Assembly: GCA_044450345.1 (NCBI GenBank)
Contig: JBIOIY010000070.1
Span: forward strand, 1 to 11,761
Source of the DNA: Thermodesulfovibrionales bacterium
GTDB taxonomy: Bacteria > Nitrospirota > Thermodesulfovibrionia > Thermodesulfovibrionales > UBA6898
Direction: 5' to 3'
Length of the DNA: 11,761 nucleotides
Made by a program: the position numbers and the translations under genes. Positions 1 through 6,773 of this stretch are shown here, piece after piece; the first letter of the stretch is position 1, and the number at the start of each line of letters is the position of its first letter. The notes beneath the pieces are model-generated. The model saw nothing but the letters and a program-made list of their open reading frames with translations, did no database searches and was not told the origin of the DNA.

Positions 1-1
1 C

Positions 2-625
2 ATCGACAGACCAACAGTACTTATGCTTGTCTATTACGACTGCTCCCATATCTGCCCGCAAATGCTCGGGGGTCTCGCGAAATCCCTCGGCGACCTTCAG
101 CTCGTGCCGGGAAAGGACTACAGGGTGATAACGGTGAGTTTTGACGACACGGAGAAGCCGGAGGAGGCGCGAACGCAGAAGAGAAATTACATCAGGGCCA
201 TAAACCGTCCCTTTCCCGAAGACGCCTGGCGGTTCCTTACCGGCGACAGGGACAACATAAGAAGGCTTTCGGACGCGGTGGGGATCAGATACAAGAATGC
301 CGAACATGGCTTTATCCATCCCGAAGTCCTGGTTTTTGTCTCCCCCCGGGGGCTGATTACGAGGTACATGCATGTCCCGAAATTCAATTATGGAGTGGCA
401 GACCCCATGGTCTTTTCTTCTCTTGGCCTGAAGAACGCATTCCTCGATGCGTCGATGGAAAGGGTCACGACAGGCGGCAGTGTAACGCCGATGTACTGTT
501 TCCTTCATGAGCCGGCAAACCAGGAAAGATTCTTCAATATACTGAAGGTATCCGGGGCCCTTACGGTCCTGGCCATTTTTCTGATCTTTGTGTATCTGAA
601 GGGGCAGAGAAGGCCCGCAGGATGA
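2..625 (+). CDS. sco: SCO1/SenC-family copper chaperone for CuA assembly (5'-partial; frame is open from the window edge)
   Basis: CxxxC motif YYDCSHICP, SFD and W-x-FLTG segments, distal His (FIHP), C-terminal TM anchor (ALTVLAIFLIFVYL). The frame reads IDRPTVLM... from position 2 without a stop. Lies immediately upstream of coxA. Confidence 0.93.
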   Translation: MDRPTVLMLVYYDCSHICPQMLGGLAKSLGDLQLVPGKDYRVITVSFDDTEKPEEARTQKRNYIRAINRPFPEDAWRFLTGDRDNIRRLSDAVGIRYKNAEHGFIHPEVLVFVSPRGLITRYMHVPKFNYGVADPMVFSSLGLKNAFLDASMERVTTGGSVTPMYCFLHEPANQERFFNILKVSGALTVLAIFLIFVYLKGQRRPAG

Positions 626-637
626 AGGGGAGGCGAG

Positions 638-2221
638 TTGGAAAATAGCGCATCTGATTACGAGAACAGTTTCTATCGCGAGAAGGGCAAGTATAAGGGC
701 GTCCTCTCATGGCTGATGTCGACGGACCATAAGCGGATCGGCATCCAGTATCTGGGCGCGATCCTGACATTTTTTTCGATAGGGGTGATGCTCGGGCTCC
801 TCATCCGCCTCAGCCTGATAGCCCCGGGCAAGGTCCTCGACCAAAACACCTATAACCAGGTCTTTTCCGTACACGGGATACTCATGATCTTCCTCTTCAT
901 CATTCCGGGGGTCCCTGTCGCCTTCGGCAACTTCTTCCTGCCTATCATGATAGGCGCACGGGACGTTGCGTTTCCCCGCTTAAACCGTCTCACATGGTGG
1001 CTCTATCTTACCGGCGCGGTCCTCGTCGCGCTCTCTCTTTTTACCAAGGGCGGGCCGCCGGATACGGGCTGGACCTTTTATGCGCCTTACAGTATCAAGG
1101 CACAGGCAAATATCACGCTTGCCGTCTTCGGTGTCTTTGTGCTCGGTTTTTCCTCGATACTTACCGGTCTTAATTTCGTAACGACTATCCACCGGCTGAG
1201 GGCGCCGGGGATGACGTGGTTTAAGCTGCCGCTTTTCGTATGGACGCTTTACGCGACAGGCTGGGTACAGATGCTTGCAACACCCGTCCTTGCGATCACG
1301 CTTGTCTTTATAATACTCGGCAGGGTATTCGGCGTTGGGTTCTTCGACCCTTCCAAGGGAGGCGACCCGATCCTCTACGAGCATCTCTTTTGGACCTACT
1401 CGCATCCGGCCGTGTATATCATGGTGCTTCCTGCAATGGGCATTATCAGCGAGGTCATTCCCGTCTTTGCAAGAAAGACGATATTCGGATATAAGGCGGT
1501 GGCCTATTCCGCACTCGGGATCGCCAGCGTCGGGTACTTTGTCTGGGGACACCATATGTTTACCAGCGGGATGAGCGACACGGCGAGGATAATCTTTTCC
1601 TTTATCACCTTTCTCGTCGCGGTCCCGTCGGGCATCAAGATATTCAACTGGGTAGCAACCCTGTACAAGGGATCGATCTTGCCGAAGGCACCGCTCTATT
1701 TCGCGCTTACCTTCATCTTTCTTTTTTCGATAGGTGGGCTCACCGGGCTTATCATCGGCTCGCTCGCCCCGAACCTCCATCTCCACGGCACCTATTTTAT
1801 AGTCGCCCACTTCCATTATGTGATGTTCGGAGGGGCCGGGTTCGCGACCCTGGCCGCCCTTCATTACTGGTTCCCGAAGATGTTCGGGAGGATGTACGAT
1901 GAAAAGACGGCGAAGATCGGATGGTCCATACTCTTCGTGGGGTTCAACCTCCTCTACTTCTCGATGTTCATACTGGGCTACAGGGGGATGCCCAGGAGAT
2001 ATTTCGACTACCCGCCTGAATATTTCAGTCTTCATCTTGCATCGACGATAGGATCGTGGATACTTGCGGCCGGGCTCGCTGTCATTCTCGTCAATCTTAT
2101 AAGGGCGCTCTTTAAGGGACCTCAGGCCCCCGCAAACCCGTGGGGCGGCAAGAGCCTCGAGTGGACAATAGCATCGCCGCCTCCTGCTGAAAATTTCCGT
2201 GAATTACCGGTGATCAAGTAA
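638..2221 (+). CDS. coxA: Heme-copper oxidase (cytochrome c oxidase) subunit I, type A2
   Basis: STDHKRIG, heme His in FSVHG, D-channel RDVAFPRLN, GWTFYAP, YSHPAVY (His-Tyr crosslink with the A2 YS motif, 1397-1417), CuB VWGHHMF, K-channel VPSGIK, AHFHYV, GMPRRY. TTG start with GGAGG at 629-633. Confidence 0.98.
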   Translation: MENSASDYENSFYREKGKYKGVLSWLMSTDHKRIGIQYLGAILTFFSIGVMLGLLIRLSLIAPGKVLDQNTYNQVFSVHGILMIFLFIIPGVPVAFGNFFLPIMIGARDVAFPRLNRLTWWLYLTGAVLVALSLFTKGGPPDTGWTFYAPYSIKAQANITLAVFGVFVLGFSSILTGLNFVTTIHRLRAPGMTWFKLPLFVWTLYATGWVQMLATPVLAITLVFIILGRVFGVGFFDPSKGGDPILYEHLFWTYSHPAVYIMVLPAMGIISEVIPVFARKTIFGYKAVAYSALGIASVGYFVWGHHMFTSGMSDTARIIFSFITFLVAVPSGIKIFNWVATLYKGSILPKAPLYFALTFIFLFSIGGLTGLIIGSLAPNLHLHGTYFIVAHFHYVMFGGAGFATLAALHYWFPKMFGRMYDEKTAKIGWSILFVGFNLLYFSMFILGYRGMPRRYFDYPPEYFSLHLASTIGSWILAAGLAVILVNLIRALFKGPQAPANPWGGKSLEWTIASPPPAENFRELPVIK

Positions 2222-2241
2222 TGGGTTACATAAGAGGCGCT

Positions 2242-2847
2242 ATGGAAAAAAGCGGGGAACAGAGAGACCGCACCGGGGCCAAATACGGCATGTGGTTTTT
2301 TCTGTTTACCGAGATCCTCTTTTTCGGGGGGATGTTCATCCTCTACTCGATCTTCCGGGCAGAATACGCACAGGACTTCCATGCGGCGGCCGCGGAGGAG
2401 AACCTCCTCCTGGGGTCGATCAACACCGCGGTGCTTCTGACGAGCAGCCTCTCGATTGCGCTTTCGATATCCGCGCTGAAGAAGGGCGATTATCGTCTGT
2501 CAGTGCGGTTGCAGACCGCGACTATCCTGATGGGGCTGGCCTTTCTCGTCATTAAATACTTTGAATGGACCGCCAAGATTTCGAAGGGGATATATCCGGA
2601 TTCGCCGGTCCTTCTTAAGATGAGCGGGGGGGAGATCCTCTTTTTCGGGCTCTATTACGTGATGACGGGCCTTCATGGACTTCACGTACTTATCGGCGTG
2701 GCAGTGATCGGCTTCATGGTGTATTTTACCAGGACGGGGGACATCACCAGCGAGAACTTCTCGAAGCTGGAGAACACCGGCCTCTACTGGCATTTTGTGG
2801 ACATCGTTTGGATATATCTCTTCCCGTTGTTTTATCTGATTACATAG
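2242..2847 (+). CDS. coxC: Cytochrome c oxidase subunit III (short form)
   Basis: GMWFFLFTEILFFGG, NTAVLLTSS, YYVMTGLHGLHV and GLYWHFVDIVW motifs. ATG 2242 follows AGAGG (2233-2237). The alternative ATG at 2221 overlaps the coxA stop (TAATG). Confidence 0.95.
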   Translation: MEKSGEQRDRTGAKYGMWFFLFTEILFFGGMFILYSIFRAEYAQDFHAAAAEENLLLGSINTAVLLTSSLSIALSISALKKGDYRLSVRLQTATILMGLAFLVIKYFEWTAKISKGIYPDSPVLLKMSGGEILFFGLYYVMTGLHGLHVLIGVAVIGFMVYFTRTGDITSENFSKLENTGLYWHFVDIVWIYLFPLFYLIT

Positions 2848-2856
2848 GAGAAGAAG

Positions 2857-3153
2857 ATGGTGCAGGGTGAGACGGAAAAAAGTGTTCATATAGTCGCCTA
2901 TAAGACATACGTATATGTCTGGATAGCACTGCTGCTTCTTCTTGCGGCGACTATCGCGGTAGCGAAGGTCGAGTTCTCGAAATACAGCGTGCTCGTGAAC
3001 CTCTTCATCGCCTCGATAAAGGCGGGGCTCGTCCTTTTCTTCTTTATGCACCTCAAATATGAGGGATGGCTGTTGAAGACGATGCTTTTTATGGTGATCG
3101 CCACGCTCACCGCGGTGATGGCGCTCTTCTTCGCAGACGTCCTGTTCAGGTGA
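2857..3153 (+). CDS. coxD: Cytochrome c oxidase subunit IV (CtaF/CyoD-like, 3 TM)
   Basis: Three hydrophobic segments with the KAGLVLFFFMHLKYE motif. AGGAG RBS at 2846-2850. Position within the operon. Confidence 0.92.
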   Translation: MVQGETEKSVHIVAYKTYVYVWIALLLLLAATIAVAKVEFSKYSVLVNLFIASIKAGLVLFFFMHLKYEGWLLKTMLFMVIATLTAVMALFFADVLFR

Positions 3154-3163
3154 GGAGAAAGAT

Positions 3164-4066
3164 ATGGTGTTAGGGCCGTCCAATATAGGAGGAAAGATCG
3201 AGACCTCCTTCCTGATCGTCGTCAGCGCCTGTGTCGTGCTTCTCGTGGCGGTCACGGTCACGATGCTTGTCTTTCTTTACAAATACAACAGGAAGAGACA
3301 CCCGGTCCCGAAGGACATCAAGGAAAACATCCCCCTGGAAATAATCTGGACGGTCATCCCTACGATACTCGTAATCTTTATGTTCTATTTCGGATGGGTG
3401 GATTTCGATTTCATCCGCAATCCGCCGAAGGACGCAATGAACATCGACGTGATATCGCGGCAGTGGTCCTGGACCTTCAGGTACGAAAACGGCAGGCAGA
3501 GCGACACCCTGAAGGTGCCGGTCGGGAAGCCTGTTAAACTGACCCTGATGTCGGAGGATGTGATACACTGCCTTTTCATCCCTGCCTACCGTGTGAAGGA
3601 GGACTGCGTACCCGGTCTGAAGACACACCTCTGGTTTACGGCGAACGAGGCCGGGACATACAACATCTTCTGCACGGAGTACTGCGGGCTCGAGCACTCA
3701 CATATGCTTTCTAAACTGATCACGATGTCTCTTGCCGATTTTAACGCATGGTATCAGGCCGGGCCGGAAGTGAAGGGCAAGGAAACGGGACCGGAGCTCC
3801 TTCAGACCAAGGGATGCCTTGGATGCCACACCACGGACGGGACGCCGAAGGTCGGACCGACTTTTAAAGGCCTTTACGGAGGCAAGGTGACGGTGCTGAC
3901 TGGCGGCAGGGAGCGGGTGATCACCGCAGACAGGGAGTATCTGAGGAGGTCGGTGCTCGAACCGGCGGCAGATATCGTAAAAGGATATCCGAACATTATG
4001 CCTAAGCTGCCCATCACAGAGGAAGACCTGGATGAGATAGTGGATTATCTGGAGACGCTGAGATGA
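3164..4066 (+). CDS. coxB: Cytochrome c oxidase subunit II with CuA domain and a C-terminal monoheme cytochrome c domain
   Basis: Two N-terminal TM helices (LEIIWTVIP), QWSWTFRY, DVIH, CuA motif CTEYCGLEHSHM, one CxxCH (CLGCH, 3815-3829) and a candidate distal Met (YPNIMP). GAGGAG RBS at 3152-3157. Confidence 0.97.
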   Translation: MVLGPSNIGGKIETSFLIVVSACVVLLVAVTVTMLVFLYKYNRKRHPVPKDIKENIPLEIIWTVIPTILVIFMFYFGWVDFDFIRNPPKDAMNIDVISRQWSWTFRYENGRQSDTLKVPVGKPVKLTLMSEDVIHCLFIPAYRVKEDCVPGLKTHLWFTANEAGTYNIFCTEYCGLEHSHMLSKLITMSLADFNAWYQAGPEVKGKETGPELLQTKGCLGCHTTDGTPKVGPTFKGLYGGKVTVLTGGRERVITADREYLRRSVLEPAADIVKGYPNIMPKLPITEEDLDEIVDYLETLR

Positions 4067-4944
4067 AGGAGCTTCTTTCGGTCATAAAGGGGTATTTGGA
4101 ACTCTGCAAGCTGAGGATCTCTCTCTTTTCAGCCCTTTCTGCGGCCATGGGTTATCTGCTGTCGGCTGACAGAATCCGGACCGGCCTGTTTAGCGTGACC
4201 GGAGGGGTCTTTTTCATTGCATGCGGCGCCTGTGCACTCAACCAGTTTCAGGAAAGGGACCTCGATGCGATTATGCCGAGGACGGCGACTAGGCCTCTGC
4301 CTTCCGGCAGGATCAAACCGGTAAATGCCCTTTATTTTTCGGCTGCGCTCCTGTTTTTTGGTTCCCCGGCACTTTTGTCGACCGGCAGGGCGGCCCCTTT
4401 TTTACTGGGGCTTTTCGCTGTTGTCTGGTATAACGGTGTGTATACGCCTCTGAAGAGAAAGACGTCCTTTGCCGTAATTCCGGGTGCATTAATAGGCGCT
4501 GTGCCGCCCGCCATGGGATGGGTCTCGGGAGGGGGAGCGCTTTCCGATCACAGGCTGGTTGCGGTCTGCTTTTTCTTTTTTATGTGGCAGGCCCCGCATT
4601 TCTGGCTCCTCCTGATGGACCGCGGCGAGGAATATAAGAGAGCGGGTCTTCCGTCCCCGGCAGAGTTGTTCAGCAAGTCCCAACTGCGGCGGATACTATT
4701 TGTCTGGATAAGCGCAGCCTCTGTAAGCGCCCTTTTCATTCCTATGGGTGGAGTCGTCCACTATCAAGGTACAGGGTTTATTATTTTTGCTGCCGCATTA
4801 TGGCTTGTCTGGAACGGCGTCAGGGTCCTGATGGGTGATGAAAGGGACGGCGGCTGCCTCTTCGCCTTCAGGAGCACAAATGTCTTTGTACTTATCGTAA
4901 TGCTCCTTCTGTCTCTGGATAAACTTGTCATAATAAGCTTGTAA
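4063..4944 (+). CDS. ctaB: Protoheme IX farnesyltransferase (heme o synthase)
   Basis: UbiA-family motifs NQFQERDLDAIMPRTATRPLPSG, YTPLKR, GAVPPAMGW and WQAPHF. ATGA start/stop overlap with coxB at 4063-4066. Confidence 0.96.
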   Translation: MKELLSVIKGYLELCKLRISLFSALSAAMGYLLSADRIRTGLFSVTGGVFFIACGACALNQFQERDLDAIMPRTATRPLPSGRIKPVNALYFSAALLFFGSPALLSTGRAAPFLLGLFAVVWYNGVYTPLKRKTSFAVIPGALIGAVPPAMGWVSGGGALSDHRLVAVCFFFFMWQAPHFWLLLMDRGEEYKRAGLPSPAELFSKSQLRRILFVWISAASVSALFIPMGGVVHYQGTGFIIFAAALWLVWNGVRVLMGDERDGGCLFAFRSTNVFVLIVMLLLSLDKLVIISL

Positions 4945-6693
4945 CTATTGCCGCGGCAGAGTGAAACTGAACGTGCTCCCCATCCCGGGCGCGCTTTTTA
5001 CCCAGATCTGGCCTCCATGTGCCTCCACGATTGTCCTTGCAATGGACAAACCGAGGCCTGATCCCCTGACCTCGTGGGCCGCCCGGTAGAATGCATCGAA
5101 GATATGCGGGATTTGATCGTTGGCTATGCCTATGCCGGTATCCTTGACCTCTACCAAGACGTCCTGGGGGATATTCATGACCCTGATGCCTATCGTTCCT
5201 TCGATAGTATACTTGACGGCGTTATCAAGGAGGTTTGCGATGACCCTGTGTATCATCGCCCCGTCCGCCTGTACAGGCGGGAAGGGCCTCTCTGAAAAAT
5301 TATATGTTATCTTTAGCTGCTTCTGGTCAGCCTCCCTCCTGGCGCTCTCTATCTGTTTGAGCACCGCGGCTTCCAGGTCGAACGGACCGAGCAGGGGCTT
5401 ATATTCTTCCGTCTCGAACCGTGAAAACTCGATGAACGTTTTGAGTAAATGCTCGGCTGTCGTTAGCTTGTCCCTCACTAATTCAAGGTCGGCCTTTGCG
5501 TCTTTGGTTTTACCTGACAGGGTCCTTGCCAGGAAACCGATGGAAGGGATGATGGCGTTTTTTATGTCGTGGGCAAACATGGAGAGGATGTTCTTACGCT
5601 CCCTCCCGAGCTTACCGATCTCCATCAATCTGTTTTCCAATGTAGTGATCAACTTTTGGCGTTCGACGGAATAGCGCATCGATTTCAGCAAAAAGCCGCC
5701 ATCGACCCTCCCTTTGACGAGATAGTCCTGCGCCCCGCTCCGCACGGCCTTTACCGCAAGTTCTTCATCGTGAAGCCCCGTCAATACGATCACGGGCAGG
5801 TCAGGATAGAGGGTATGAATTCTGATGAACGTTTCAATCCCCTGACTGTCGGGCAGTCCCAGGTCTGAAAGAACCACATCGAACTTTTCTTTTGCCAGAT
5901 GTTCGATCCCGGAAGACAACCGGTCGGAATAGGCAACATTCACGCGACCTTCGGTCTCCGACAATAGTGCACGTATGTAATCGGCGTCGCCGGGATCGTC
6001 CTCGAGCAACAGGACTTTTATAGAGCCATAATCCTCCGACGCCGCGTCCTCAGGACTTTCCTCCGCGTCCTTTTTCAAACGGTCATCTTTCAGTATCTTT
6101 TCGTGCAGTTCGGGATTGACCTTCTTCATGCATCGGGGACAGATGCCGTGGGTAAAAGAGGCATCGGTATGTTCCTCAATATATTTTTCGACCTTTTTCC
6201 AGTAACCTTTGTCATCGCGAATATTTCTGCACCATGCGCACATGGGGATCAAACCCCTCAGCGTCTTGATTTCCTTCAGGTTCTTTTCCAGTTGGGCTAT
6301 CATTTTTTGCCGTTCTATCGCGTACCGCATCGAACGGATGAGCAGGTCGCCCTCGACCCTCCCTTTGACGAGATAGTCCTGTGCGCCTCCTTGCACTGCC
6401 TTTATAGCAAGATCTTCGTCGCTCATCCCCGTAAGCACGATTATGGGGGTATCAGGATAGCGGGTATGAATACTCAGAAATGTCTCTATGCCTTGACTGT
6501 CAGGCAGGCCGAGGTCCGACACAATTATATCAAACTGTTCCGCCGAGAGACTTTCAAGGGCTGAAGATAATTTGTCCGAATGCCGGATGTCTATAAAAGT
6601 GCCTTTGCCATCCCTCAATATCTCACGGAACAAATAGGCGTGGTCAGGATCGTCCTCTATCAGTAATACCTTTATATGTTCCTTATTTTTCAT
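4945..6693 (-). CDS. Cytoplasmic hybrid signalling protein, 582 aa: REC - CxxC/HGICxxC metal-finger-like domain - REC - HisKA - HATPase
   Basis: ATG at 6693 with GGGAG 7 nt upstream, preferred over the ORF-track start at 6732. Two receiver domains (EDD...SDLGLPDSQG...LTG...DYLVK; D60 and D277). CAWC...HGICPRC at aa 152-188. H-box AHDIKN (H375), N-box NLLDNAVKY, G1 DTGIG, G2 GSGLGL. Confidence 0.93.
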   Translation of the reverse strand: MKNKEHIKVLLIEDDPDHAYLFREILRDGKGTFIDIRHSDKLSSALESLSAEQFDIIVSDLGLPDSQGIETFLSIHTRYPDTPIIVLTGMSDEDLAIKAVQGGAQDYLVKGRVEGDLLIRSMRYAIERQKMIAQLEKNLKEIKTLRGLIPMCAWCRNIRDDKGYWKKVEKYIEEHTDASFTHGICPRCMKKVNPELHEKILKDDRLKKDAEESPEDAASEDYGSIKVLLLEDDPGDADYIRALLSETEGRVNVAYSDRLSSGIEHLAKEKFDVVLSDLGLPDSQGIETFIRIHTLYPDLPVIVLTGLHDEELAVKAVRSGAQDYLVKGRVDGGFLLKSMRYSVERQKLITTLENRLMEIGKLGRERKNILSMFAHDIKNAIIPSIGFLARTLSGKTKDAKADLELVRDKLTTAEHLLKTFIEFSRFETEEYKPLLGPFDLEAAVLKQIESARREADQKQLKITYNFSERPFPPVQADGAMIHRVIANLLDNAVKYTIEGTIGIRVMNIPQDVLVEVKDTGIGIANDQIPHIFDAFYRAAHEVRGSGLGLSIARTIVEAHGGQIWVKSAPGMGSTFSFTLPRQ

Positions 6694-6715
6694 GCCGTAT
6701 CTCCCTCTTGCCCGA

Positions 6716-6765
6716 AAAAGACCCCATACCATTGTTTCACATACCGGGGACTTTTACAACGGTAT
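6716..6765. repeat. Two interleaved 10-bp inverted repeats (A-B-spacer-A'-B') in the 80-nt gap between the kinase genes
   Basis: AAAAGACCCC (6716-6725) pairs 9/10 with GGGGACTTTT (6746-6755). ATACCATTGT (6726-6735) pairs 9/10 with ACAACGGTAT (6756-6765). Confidence 0.6.
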
Positions 6766-6773
6766 CTCTTGAT

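Noticed and set aside
980..2035. 351-aa ORF on the - strand
   Set aside because: Antisense shadow of coxA with no recognisable motifs.
2200..2244. Possible premature stop or readthrough at the end of coxA
   Set aside because: All helices and the C-terminal NPWG...LEW...PP.ENF motif are complete, and a second in-frame TAA follows after three more codons.
2500..3261. 253-aa ORF on the - strand
   Set aside because: Antisense to coxC/coxD/coxB, and its composition mirrors the hydrophobic sense codons.
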